Notes under the pieces: model-generated | Database searches by the model: none | What the model saw: the letters and a program-made list of their open reading frames with translations, nothing else | What the model was told of the DNA's origin: nothing | Made by a program: the position numbers and the translations under genes | Shown here: piece by piece, positions 53,467 through 62,650 of the stretch | Layout of the letters: each line of letters opens with the position of its first letter | Position numbering within the stretch: the first letter of the stretch is position 1 | Source of the DNA: Ferroacidibacillus organovorans | GTDB lineage: Bacteria > Bacillota > Bacilli > Alicyclobacillales > SLC66 | Direction: 5' to 3' | Assembly (NCBI RefSeq): GCF_001642725.1 | Contig: NZ_LSUQ01000002.1 | Location: forward strand, 1-64,000 | DNA: 64,000 nucleotides

Positions 53467-53795
53467 AAGGAATAATCCTCCTTCAAAAAGGTATGAATAA
53501 CGCGGTAATTCTTGCTCCACGATGCTTTTATTCGTTGTAATTCGTCCTTACCATTTTGTGTGATGTGATAATATCGCCTTCGTGCGCCCTGTTCGTGTGT
53601 AGCCCATTTTCCCACAATTAAGCCTTCTGCTTCTAAACGCCGCAAGGCAGGATACAATGTCCCTTCCTTGATTTCCAACTGCCTATCGGTGCGTTCCTGA
53701 ACCGTCTTCATCATATCGTAGCCATACGACTCTCTTTCGGATAGAATCGAGAGCAAAATTCCATCAATAAAACCCTTTAACATTTGACCTTCCAA
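53463..53795 (-). CDS. PadR-family transcriptional regulator
   Basis: LKG...ILLSIL, YGY, EGTLYPALRRLE, RRRYY.IT..G; start approximate. Confidence 0.93.
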   Translation of the reverse strand: MEGQMLKGFIDGILLSILSERESYGYDMMKTVQERTDRQLEIKEGTLYPALRRLEAEGLIVGKWATHEQGARRRYYHITQNGKDELQRIKASWSKNYRVIHTFLKEDYSL

Positions 53796-53932
53796 GATGA
53801 TTGAACCCCCAAAATCAATTTGCATATATATCGATATACACAGTATATAGCTACGCAAGATAATTATGCAAGTTTCTCATTTCTTTGTATAAAGAAAAAT
53901 AAAGAACCGTATTGATTGGATTTGCAGCCAAC

Positions 53933-53962
53933 GCATAAATACGGCACGCGCAGGGAAAACGA
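53933..53962 (+). promoter_or_regulatory. Putative sigma-F promoter
   Basis: GCATA-N15-GGGAAAACGA upstream of yhfW-like gene. Confidence 0.5.
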
Positions 53963-53998
53963 TGGAAGATCAATCCAAAACCTTACGGAGGATGCCGC

Positions 53999-55537
53999 GT
54001 GACCAAAACTTCTGGCGCTACAATGCTTCCACAAACATCCCAATCGTACTGGCGAGACTCTGTCGAACTGCCAGCCTTCCCATCGCTTGATCGCGACATC
54101 ACTGTCGACGTCACCGTCGTCGGTGGCGGTATCACGGGCATCACCGCCGCCTATCTCCTGTGTAAGGAAGGCTTGCGCGTCGCGCTGCTCGAGGCGGATC
54201 ACCTGTTAAACGGCACGACGGGGCACACCACGGCAAAGATCAGCGCGCAGCACGATCTGATTTATGATGAGTTGATCCACCATATGGGCCGGGAAAAAGC
54301 GAAACTCTACTATGAGGCGACAACCAGCGCAAGCCGTTTTATCGAGAACATCGTCCGCGAGCAATCCATCTCCTGCCAACTCGACAGTGAAGACGCCTAT
54401 ATTTACGCAACGACCGATACCACGGCAAGAAAGCTGGAGCGAGAGTACGACGCGTATCAGAAACTCGGCATCGAGGGCTTTCTCACCGACACGCTACCGT
54501 TTGATTTTTCCATTCAGCGCGCGCTGTGCATGAAGGGGCAGGCACAGTTTCATCCACTGGAGTATCTCGCACACCTCACTCGCGAGATCGCAAACATGAG
54601 TGGGCAAATTTTCGAGCAAACCGTCGCCGTGGATGTCGAGGATGGAGAGCGTCCAACCGTCGTCACGCGCGAAGGGCATCGCGTATCGACAAACCACGTC
54701 CTCGCCTGCTCTCACTTCCCCTTTTATGACGGACTCGGTTTCTACTTTGCGCGGATGCACGCCGAGCGATCGTATGTCATCGCGGCAAAAACAGATAAAC
54801 GCTATCCAGGCGGCGTGTATGTAAACGTCGATGCACCCTATCAGTCCCTACGCTCTGTAAATATCGGCCGCGAAGACGCCGTGCTGATTGGCGGTGGCAA
54901 TCACATCACAGGACAAGGGAAAGACACCCTCACCTACTACGAAGACCTCGCAACCTTCGGACAGAGCGTTTTCGGTCTGCGCGATGTGCTCTATCGCTGG
55001 TCAGCCCAAGACCTCGTGACACTGGATAAGGTTGCATACATCGGAGAGATCACATCAGGCAACCCTAGCGTATTGGTGGCAACCGGGTATCGAAAGTGGG
55101 GAATGACTACAGGGACGGCTGCTGCGCTTCTCTTGAGGGACATCGTGATGAACCGTGACAATCCCTACCGCGATCTTTACACGCCTTCGCGCATGTACGT
55201 CGACCCGAGCCTGAAGCGATTTTTTGCGCAGAATGCAAACGTGACTGCCCATCTCATCAAAGGGAAATTTGAACTACCGCTTCGGCAAATCGGCGACTTG
55301 GCAAACGGCGAAGGGGATTTGGTCACCTATGAGGGGAGGCGCGCAGGCGCCTTTCGCGACGAGAACGGGGTTGTCCATCTCGTCGATACGACATGCACTC
55401 ATCTCGGATGCGAAGTCTCATGGAATCACGGCGATCGCACCTGGGACTGTCCTTGCCACGGCTCTCGATTTTCCGTGGACGGCGGCGTGATCGAAGGGCC
55501 TGCACAAAAACCGCTCGAAACCCTGAACTGCCACTGA
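53999..55537 (+). CDS. yhfW: FAD-dependent oxidoreductase with C-terminal Rieske domain (YhfW-like)
   Basis: GGGITG, GTTGHTTAK, FHPL, WSAQD, KWGMT, CTHLGC...WDCPCHGSRF. Confidence 0.88.
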   Translation: MTKTSGATMLPQTSQSYWRDSVELPAFPSLDRDITVDVTVVGGGITGITAAYLLCKEGLRVALLEADHLLNGTTGHTTAKISAQHDLIYDELIHHMGREKAKLYYEATTSASRFIENIVREQSISCQLDSEDAYIYATTDTTARKLEREYDAYQKLGIEGFLTDTLPFDFSIQRALCMKGQAQFHPLEYLAHLTREIANMSGQIFEQTVAVDVEDGERPTVVTREGHRVSTNHVLACSHFPFYDGLGFYFARMHAERSYVIAAKTDKRYPGGVYVNVDAPYQSLRSVNIGREDAVLIGGGNHITGQGKDTLTYYEDLATFGQSVFGLRDVLYRWSAQDLVTLDKVAYIGEITSGNPSVLVATGYRKWGMTTGTAAALLLRDIVMNRDNPYRDLYTPSRMYVDPSLKRFFAQNANVTAHLIKGKFELPLRQIGDLANGEGDLVTYEGRRAGAFRDENGVVHLVDTTCTHLGCEVSWNHGDRTWDCPCHGSRFSVDGGVIEGPAQKPLETLNCH

Positions 55538-55622
55538 GGAAGGATTTTATCTCAACGTTGACAAACACAAGGCCCGCTCGGTCACTTGCGTAGACGTCGC
55601 GAACGAGCATCGATGGGTAGGT

Positions 55623-55988
55623 TTACTTCTCTTCGACAAACTCCAGGCGATTCCCGAACGGGTCAAATGCGTGGCAACGACGCACCCCAGGAAGCGGATC
55701 TTCGATCGTTTCAAAGCCTTGATCTGAGAGCTCTTTTCGCACCTTATCAAGATCCTTCACGCGAAACGCCGGGTGCGCCTTTTTGGCTGGGGCAAATTCT
55801 GTCTCGACACCGATATGGAGTTGCTGTGCGCCGCAAAGAAACCAGACACCACCGCGAGTCCTTAACTTCTCCGGTTTTTCTATTTCCACCAAGCCTAGAA
55901 GATCGCTAAAAAAATGCCGCGCCTGCGCCTCACACCCCGCAGGAGCCGCGAGTTGGACATGATCAATACCAAGGACGAAAGGTTCCAT
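55623..55988 (-). CDS. VOC/glyoxalase family protein
   Basis: IDHVQL, LHIG, HPAF, DPFGNRLE. Confidence 0.92.
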   Translation of the reverse strand: MEPFVLGIDHVQLAAPAGCEAQARHFFSDLLGLVEIEKPEKLRTRGGVWFLCGAQQLHIGVETEFAPAKKAHPAFRVKDLDKVRKELSDQGFETIEDPLPGVRRCHAFDPFGNRLEFVEEK

Positions 55989-56065
55989 TCGAGTGACCTC
56001 CGCGCTCCATCGATTCGTGATTTCAGTTTACACCACATGTAGGGCTGCGTCACTCAATACGAAGA

Positions 56066-56329
56066 TTAGACCTGCCACGGCCACGGTCCTTTCGCCCACG
56101 CAAAGCCCGCTCCCCCCTTGCCCTCACCGTAGTGATACAGTGGCCCGTGGCGATGTTCAAACTGTGCGACGAGATTCTTTTTGCCGCGTTGAAACAGCTC
56201 AAACTGCGCCAATGCGTTCGCGTCCGCAGGGTGCGTGTCAAGATACAGCGTGAGTTCGACGAGGACAAAGTCGATCGCCTGGAGCTCATGCAAATCCTGA
56301 TAGTACGATTCGGAGATAAATTGTGCCAT
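56066..56329 (-). CDS. cotJB: Spore coat protein CotJB
   Basis: LQAIDFVLVELTLYLDTHP, GPL, W..GPWPWQ. Confidence 0.94.
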   Translation of the reverse strand: MAQFISESYYQDLHELQAIDFVLVELTLYLDTHPADANALAQFELFQRGKKNLVAQFEHRHGPLYHYGEGKGGAGFAWAKGPWPWQV

Positions 56330-56332
56330 CGT

Positions 56333-56557
56333 CTATCCCCTCCAATCGCCGTGATCATACGGACTGTAGAGCACGGGCCACAGCGTCCCTAATTGAAGTG
56401 CCTGCATTGGTGTGCACTGCGGCAGATTTTCGGGTTGAAAAACGATGTATTGATTCGGTGGAACAATGAATCGCTTCGGCTCAAGCGGCGGACACGGGTC
56501 GTACGGACTGCGATACGTCTCATAGAATCTCCACTGCGTCTGATCCATGATGGACAC
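56333..56557 (-). CDS. cotJA: Spore coat protein CotJA
   Basis: SPYDPCPP, PPNQY..FQ, AL..GTLWP. Confidence 0.9.
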   Translation of the reverse strand: MSIMDQTQWRFYETYRSPYDPCPPLEPKRFIVPPNQYIVFQPENLPQCTPMQALQLGTLWPVLYSPYDHGDWRG

Positions 56558-56610
56558 GCGCCTTTCTCAGTCAGTGTGGCAATCGATGATCAAAACCCTC
56601 TCAAAAAGCG

Positions 56611-57180
56611 TCAAAACACGCGCTGTGTATCGTTGTACTCCTTGAGAATCTCCACCGCCTCGCGAAAACGTATCGCGTGGATCACCTCGCGCTGACGCAA
56701 AAATTTCAGACTGTCTTGTAGGTCCACGTCATCCGTCATCTCGATCAGCCACTGATAGGTCGCGCGCGCCTTTTCTTCTGCCGCGATGTCTTCATACAAA
56801 TCGGTGATTGGATCTCCCTTCGCCGCAAAATAGGGCGCCATGAAAGGCGTACCCGCCGCATTGTGCGGATACAGATCATAACCGTGATCCGCAAAATGAC
56901 CGCCAAGCCCCGCCTCTCTGAGCTGCATCGGCGTCACATCTTTCGTCAACTTGTAAACCATCGTCGCAATCATCTCTAGATGTGCAAACTCTTCGGTGCC
57001 GATGTCGGTCAAGAGGCCGATGACCCTGTCAGGAAGCGTGTACCGCTGATTCAGGTAGCGGAGCGCTGCGGCGAGTTCCCCGTCGGCGCCGCCGTACTGC
57101 TCGATCAGCAACTTGGCCATTTGCGGGTCACACTTGCTGACGCGCACCGGATACTGCAACTTTTTTTCATACACCCACAT
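56611..57180 (-). CDS. cotJC: Manganese catalase family spore coat protein CotJC
   Basis: MWVYEKKLQYPV, QYGGADGEL, GTEEFAH, EDIAAEEKA, REVIH. Confidence 0.95.
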   Translation of the reverse strand: MWVYEKKLQYPVRVSKCDPQMAKLLIEQYGGADGELAAALRYLNQRYTLPDRVIGLLTDIGTEEFAHLEMIATMVYKLTKDVTPMQLREAGLGGHFADHGYDLYPHNAAGTPFMAPYFAAKGDPITDLYEDIAAEEKARATYQWLIEMTDDVDLQDSLKFLRQREVIHAIRFREAVEILKEYNDTQRVF

Positions 57181-57353
57181 GTTTCAATCACCTCCGTCGC
57201 ACGTGCCTGTAGGGATGGGTATGCGGCGAGGGATTGTACCTATTCGACGAGGCGGCAACCCACAAGAACCCATTCAGACTAAAAACGTCCAACCACGCTG
57301 AAAAATCGGATATAATGCAAATATAGAAGGGTAGTGATTCACGGTGGAGATTT

Positions 57354-57683
57354 GTGAGCTATGTGGTGCCGTTCTGGATTCCTTTGCTTCAAACGCAAGA
57401 GAGCCCAAGGTATGTAAACGTCATCTACCTCCACCCCACATCATCAACCACATTTCGCCCATCGTTCGGACATGGGGACTCGACGCAAAGGAATACGCCG
57501 TTATCCACGACTCCCCCAGAGTGGATTTTGGAGTTTTGCGGCGAAATGAACGTATATCAAACTGCGGGTAGATACCCAAGTGAGCGCTCAAAAGTGGCTA
57601 GCGTAACGACAGACGAATTTGTGATCTCTGCATTACAAAAGACAGAGGAGGTGTTGTCATGGTTGGCAACACAGATGAAATAG
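57354..57683 (+). pseudogene. Shortened/degenerate HEPN-domain gene
   Basis: C-terminus LEFCGEMNVYQTAGRYP...LQKTEEVLSWL is HEPN-like; the central EK.LKA helix is not visible; overlaps an MNT gene. Confidence 0.5.
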
Positions 57684-57979
57684 TCCGAACAGGACAAGAG
57701 TATTCAAAACTCCTACAAGAAATCATGCAAATCAACTCCATTTGGATATTTGGATCAAGAATCGCGGGAACCGAAAAATCCGATAGCGATTTAGACATCG
57801 CTGTTGTGTCTAATGAATTTGAAACCGATTTTCTTACGGCATTTAGGAAGGCAAATCGAGTGCTATATAACTTGGAAACGCCCTTCGACATCGAAATTCA
57901 TGGGTTCTATCCGCGAGAGTTTGAACAAGATTCGGGTATGGCTCAAAATATTCAAAAGCATGGATTGCAGGTATCGTGA
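57659..57979 (+). CDS. Minimal nucleotidyltransferase (MNT, Pol-beta family)
   Basis: FGSRIAG...SDLDIAVVS motif; GAGGAGGTG RBS. Confidence 0.9.
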   Translation: MVGNTDEIVRTGQEYSKLLQEIMQINSIWIFGSRIAGTEKSDSDLDIAVVSNEFETDFLTAFRKANRVLYNLETPFDIEIHGFYPREFEQDSGMAQNIQKHGLQVS

Positions 57980-58062
57980 AAAAGGGACGGTCAGCATTGA
58001 TTTGTCTGGAAAATACGAGAAGGGGGAGAAATCAACCTGAAACACACTCAACACAATCTGTA

Positions 58063-60090
58063 TTATTGAATTCCACTGACCCCGTTCAGCAAGGATGCAA
58101 ACTGCGCCGCGCGCCAGCCTGTCGCGTAAAGCGCATAGGTCGCATCATACGTATGCAGCACCACTTGTGACGGGGCGTCTGGGCCATACCCGAAGATGCC
58201 AAAACCTGTTGCGCCTGATAGAAAGTGCAGATGCGCCAGCCGTGCGACTTGCGCGCTCGCATCCGCCAGCGGATGAACCGAACGCCAACTCGACGGCGGA
58301 ATGATCCACGTCAGCCCATCCTGCCGCCACGCGACACCCTCCACTTTTGTTCCTTGATATACACCCGTCCAGACTGTGCCGACAACGCCTGCACCAAGCT
58401 GGACACGCGACGCGCGACTCCCGGGAAAAGACGCATGTGCGGGCCAACGCATCCCTTGCGGCAGAGCCGATCCGGCGGGCACACCCACCAGCGAATAGAG
58501 CATCTCAGCGTTTCCCGCGTTGATCTTTGGCGAGTTTGCCGGAAGCTTCGGCCCAAAGGAAACGGTCACTGAATACCCATCAAGCACCTGACCGCCATTC
58601 ACCTGATCCTGCACATTGAAATAGGCCCCACGCGGAGGATTCAGTCCACCTGCTGCTTGCCCTTTTGCCACATCCTGCGGAAGCAACACAGGAATCGTCG
58701 AACGCGTGCCAAGAAGCGCACCGACCGATTGCGCGAACTCCGAATAGGAAGAAAAACGAGCGGGCAGCGGCGGTGCGCCGAGGTTTAACACACTCGCTCG
58801 TATCGGCCAGTACACGTTCTGTTTCACCACATACCCCGGCAACGAAAGCGGCGCGTGACCCGCAAACGCCTTGCGCTCACCCGCATAAGTGTTTTCCACA
58901 GGCGACCACGCGTAACCGTTCAATCGACTGGTGAGCAGTGCCATCATCGAGCTTTCCAACCGCGTGCGCTCTTGATCCTGAACACTACCGCGCACAAACG
59001 GATACTCCATCGCCCACGTGAGTGCGGCAGGCAGTGCATCGTGATTGAAGACGACTGGATCAGTGTTCCACGAAACAGGCGCCTGCCCATTGCAATAAAA
59101 CGGCATGCCAGGAACCCGTTTGCCCATGATGCTGTTCCAGTAGGCAGCCAAACTGTTGATCTCCTGCCAGTCGAGCATTTTCAAGTCCATTAGCGCCTCA
59201 CTCCCGCGCCGTGCGAGGCTCGCCTTTGGCGCCGCAACAAGAATGGGGGAAGCGGTCGAAGCGGATGAAACCGCGCCTGGATCTGCCGGAAAGATTCCGA
59301 TCCAGGAACCCACCGAAATGGCCACCTGAGAACCGAGACTCGCAAAAGCTGGCACAGCCACACCCCATGAACTTTGATACAGCGAGTAGGTTTGCGGAAG
59401 GGTGAACCATCGGTAGGCGCCCGTGTGCACATTGAGCGCGACAAGCCGATTCCAGTGGCGAAAGCCAAAGATGAGTGGGCCTTGTTTCGGATACAGCGGC
59501 GGAAACTGCGGACCTTTCAGTGCGACCCAAAGCCAGGCACCACTTTGTCCGATAATTTGATTATCAAGCGATCCGGGCGCTGCGCTCTGTGGATTCTGTG
59601 CAGATCCGTAGAGCGGGATCGCTTTTGGCCATGCGACAACCGGGCGTGACGCCGACTTTGTCCCTTGTACAATCTTGACCGATTGAACATTGAACTGCAT
59701 GGGGAATGTCGCAGGAAACACGAGTTGGATCGGACCATGGTATCCTTTGGGGGCATCTTTCGTCGCGACAGGAGCAGAGAAAGAGTCACTCTTTTCCTTC
59801 CAGAGGGCTGTTCGATACGTCGTGATCAAAGAGCCATTGCCCGAAACGGCATGGTGACTCACCGTCACCTGGAGTTCCCCGCGCACGTTCGCAAGTCCTG
59901 CAAAGGACGCATCCGCGCCGAATTGCGGCGTGAGTGGCGCATAGCGCCAACCTGTCTGTAGAGGACGCGCGACGGCACGATGCGCCACACTTTTCGACAT
60001 CTTCGCGAAAGAGACCGCTGAAGGCAATACTCCGACGCATAGTGCGAGGGCGATCAACGCCACCCTTTTTTTCTTTTCATTCGTGAACAT
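58063..60090 (-). CDS. Large secreted hypothetical protein
   Basis: 675-aa ORF, KKKR plus hydrophobic signal ending SFA; Pro/Gly/Trp-rich, few acidic residues. Confidence 0.7.
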   Translation of the reverse strand: MFTNEKKKRVALIALALCVGVLPSAVSFAKMSKSVAHRAVARPLQTGWRYAPLTPQFGADASFAGLANVRGELQVTVSHHAVSGNGSLITTYRTALWKEKSDSFSAPVATKDAPKGYHGPIQLVFPATFPMQFNVQSVKIVQGTKSASRPVVAWPKAIPLYGSAQNPQSAAPGSLDNQIIGQSGAWLWVALKGPQFPPLYPKQGPLIFGFRHWNRLVALNVHTGAYRWFTLPQTYSLYQSSWGVAVPAFASLGSQVAISVGSWIGIFPADPGAVSSASTASPILVAAPKASLARRGSEALMDLKMLDWQEINSLAAYWNSIMGKRVPGMPFYCNGQAPVSWNTDPVVFNHDALPAALTWAMEYPFVRGSVQDQERTRLESSMMALLTSRLNGYAWSPVENTYAGERKAFAGHAPLSLPGYVVKQNVYWPIRASVLNLGAPPLPARFSSYSEFAQSVGALLGTRSTIPVLLPQDVAKGQAAGGLNPPRGAYFNVQDQVNGGQVLDGYSVTVSFGPKLPANSPKINAGNAEMLYSLVGVPAGSALPQGMRWPAHASFPGSRASRVQLGAGVVGTVWTGVYQGTKVEGVAWRQDGLTWIIPPSSWRSVHPLADASAQVARLAHLHFLSGATGFGIFGYGPDAPSQVVLHTYDATYALYATGWRAAQFASLLNGVSGIQ

Positions 60091-60160
60091 CCCATGATAA
60101 CCTCGATTCTTTCAAACCATCCAAGCATAAGACGAACGACAAGCCAATTCGGTTACACCA

Positions 60161-60847
60161 TCAAGGTGTCTCATCCGCTTCCATCGTCAGCCAGCCGCAG
60201 CGCGCCGCAGCGACGACCGCCTGCGTTCGATCAGATACGCAAAGCTTTCTCAAGATGTTACTCACGTGAACCTTGACCGTCTTATCTGTGATGCGTAGTT
60301 TTGCGGCGATCTCCTTATTGGACAGCCCCTTGCCCATGGCGTCTAACACCTCGGTCTCACGATGCGTCAGGGATTCAAACGCGGGATCTTTTTGTTTCTC
60401 GGTTTTTCGGAACGCGTCAAACACTCGCGTCTCGATCAGCATTCGACCTTGAACCGACTGACGGATGGCGAATAACAGTTCTTCAGGAGAGACGTCTTTA
60501 TGCAAAAAACCGCTCGCCCCCAGTTGAATGGCGGTTTGGGATTTGCCGTAACTCGCATACGAAGTGAGCGCGATCACGCGAATCCCGTCGCGAAACGCGA
60601 GAATTTTGCGCATGGCTTCAACACCGTCGAGTGGTCCTGGCATGACGAGATCCATGAGGATCACGTCAATCGCTTCCGTTTGACAGATCTGTACAGCCTC
60701 GACGCCAGAAGACGCCTCCGCCACAACATCCATATCCTCTGCCAGTTGCAAGAAAGCGCGCAACCCTTCACGCACCATCGGATGATCGTCGACAATCGCG
60801 ATTCGAATGCGTCGGCCACACTGCGACGGGACGTTCACCTGATCCAT
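60161..60847 (-). CDS. NarL/LuxR-family response regulator (YhcZ/AirR-like)
   Basis: VDDH, LMDL.MP, LT.RE.EVL, SNKEIA, TVKVHVSNIL.KL. Confidence 0.94.
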   Translation of the reverse strand: MDQVNVPSQCGRRIRIAIVDDHPMVREGLRAFLQLAEDMDVVAEASSGVEAVQICQTEAIDVILMDLVMPGPLDGVEAMRKILAFRDGIRVIALTSYASYGKSQTAIQLGASGFLHKDVSPEELLFAIRQSVQGRMLIETRVFDAFRKTEKQKDPAFESLTHRETEVLDAMGKGLSNKEIAAKLRITDKTVKVHVSNILRKLCVSDRTQAVVAAARCGWLTMEADETP

Positions 60848-60850
60848 GCC

Positions 60851-62479
60851 TTACACCTTCTTCGCCTCAAGAAAATTCAAGCTGATTTGCGCAACAATCG
60901 TCGTGCCACAGTCCGCGTGACTCTGAATGAGCAATTGCCCATCCACACTCTGCATCCGTTCCGTCATGGTCACCAGCCCATAGCGTCGATGGGTGTCCTG
61001 CGCATCACGCGCGGGCAGACCCACACCGTCATCCGCCACCGTCAGACACAGCCTATCCAATATGAACTGAACACTCACCCTAACCGTTTTCGCTTGGGCA
61101 TGCCTCAGTGCATTGTGCAGCGCCTCATCTGCGACATGCAGCAGCGCCTTTTCAACCAACAGCGGGAGATGCTTTGGAACCTGTGGAGCGATGGATAGCG
61201 TCACGCGCGGGGAAGATTGATGCATCAGCGGCTCGATACGATCGCCTAGCTGTTCAAGCCACGTACGTTCCTCATCCGGGTGCAGCGCGTCAATCCACAG
61301 GCGCATTTCGTGTTGGCTCTGCACAATGAGCTTTTGCACGCGCGCCGTGACCCGCGCGACCTCACTCATGCTTTCTTCGTCGCTCTTTGCCGCAAGCATC
61401 CCGGCCGTTTGCGCGAGAAGACTCGCAGAAAACAGCCGCTGGCTCACAGAGTCATGCAAATCCGCAGCCAACTGCCGTCTCTCTGCCCATTTGGCGTTTG
61501 CAACTGCGTATTCGTGCAGGCGTATCGTCTCGTCAGCCGCGTGCAGCAGCCAGGCAAACGCAGTGAGAAGCTCCACGTCTGTCTCGTGAAACGAGTGAGC
61601 GAGTGAGCTCTCAACGCGGACATGCACATTCGAGTGCCCAATCGGTTGAGTCAGCGCGCTGCGCGCATCCGACAAGAAGAGTCGCTCGCTCTCCGGCAAG
61701 AGAGGAGCGGGGGATTTCGAGTCGTACGCGTATTCTGATCTCCCACTCTTTTTGTCGACGACAAAAACGAGCGTGCGCGGCGGCTGATCTTCATCCGCAC
61801 GCACCGTGACACCAGCCGCTTCATATCCGAGCTTATGGATGAATCCCTCAATCGCGATTTGATGCAGTCGATGCTGATCAAACTCCCCGACCAGCACACC
61901 TGCCAATTCAGAGAGCGCGCGAAACCTTTTGCTACGCATCCGCTCTTCAAACAAAATGGCGGCCCGGTCAATGGCGATGGCCACCTGATGGCCGACGGTC
62001 ATCAAAAGTTCCAGCGCTTCAGGTGTAAACGCGTCAATCCCTGAAGACGCGACATTAAGAATGCCGAGCGGCTTCCCTTTGCTGCGCAGCGGAATGCTCG
62101 CGTGAAACAAAAGTCCCTGTGTATCCCCGACGGCGTCGCGCAATCGGCTACAGCGCACAAGGTTAATCGCCCGATCGAGTTCCCCTTGGATAAACTGATT
62201 CTGACACTCGCACCAACCTGTTTTCAGCGCAGCCTCATCATCCCATGCCAAAGCAGGAGGTAAGCCGCTCGCACCAACCTCGACAAATGCGTGGTAGTTC
62301 TCGTCATACCGAAAGACCCACGCCGTTTGCAATCCAAGTTCCTGCGCCAAGCGCGAAAGAATCGCCTCCATGGCGGATGGAATATCGCTCGTGTCATTCA
62401 ATGCTTCTGCAGTATCTTTGAGCAGTTCAATCTGGGACGCTTTTTTTAGATACGCATCCCCGGCAAACGCGTTGTCCAT
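60851..62479 (-). CDS. Soluble GAF-GAF-HisKA_3 sensor kinase (YhcY/AirS-like)
   Basis: GLPPAL...WCEC...CSRL...HASIPL GAF; ERRQLAADLHDSVSQ H box; EAL.N..RH, DDGVG. Confidence 0.9.
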   Translation of the reverse strand: MDNAFAGDAYLKKASQIELLKDTAEALNDTSDIPSAMEAILSRLAQELGLQTAWVFRYDENYHAFVEVGASGLPPALAWDDEAALKTGWCECQNQFIQGELDRAINLVRCSRLRDAVGDTQGLLFHASIPLRSKGKPLGILNVASSGIDAFTPEALELLMTVGHQVAIAIDRAAILFEERMRSKRFRALSELAGVLVGEFDQHRLHQIAIEGFIHKLGYEAAGVTVRADEDQPPRTLVFVVDKKSGRSEYAYDSKSPAPLLPESERLFLSDARSALTQPIGHSNVHVRVESSLAHSFHETDVELLTAFAWLLHAADETIRLHEYAVANAKWAERRQLAADLHDSVSQRLFSASLLAQTAGMLAAKSDEESMSEVARVTARVQKLIVQSQHEMRLWIDALHPDEERTWLEQLGDRIEPLMHQSSPRVTLSIAPQVPKHLPLLVEKALLHVADEALHNALRHAQAKTVRVSVQFILDRLCLTVADDGVGLPARDAQDTHRRYGLVTMTERMQSVDGQLLIQSHADCGTTIVAQISLNFLEAKKV

Positions 62480-62558
62480 TTCGCTCAAGCCCCGTTCGCA
62501 GTTTCTTTTAAAAGTGTAGCAGAAATCACCGCGCAAGAGATACGTTTGCGCGAAGTCC

Positions 62559-62574
62559 TACGTCCAATGGCGTA
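62559..62574. promoter_or_regulatory. Imperfect 16-bp palindrome, candidate NarL-type regulator site
   Basis: TACGTCCAATGGCGTA in the divergent intergenic region, upstream of a TATGGT -10-like hexamer. Confidence 0.3.
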
Positions 62575-62650
62575 TGGAGAATCTGCGATTCCTGCGTTAT
62601 GGTCAATGGAGAGAGACAAAACGAGAGTTAGAAAATGGAGGCTTTGAAAC

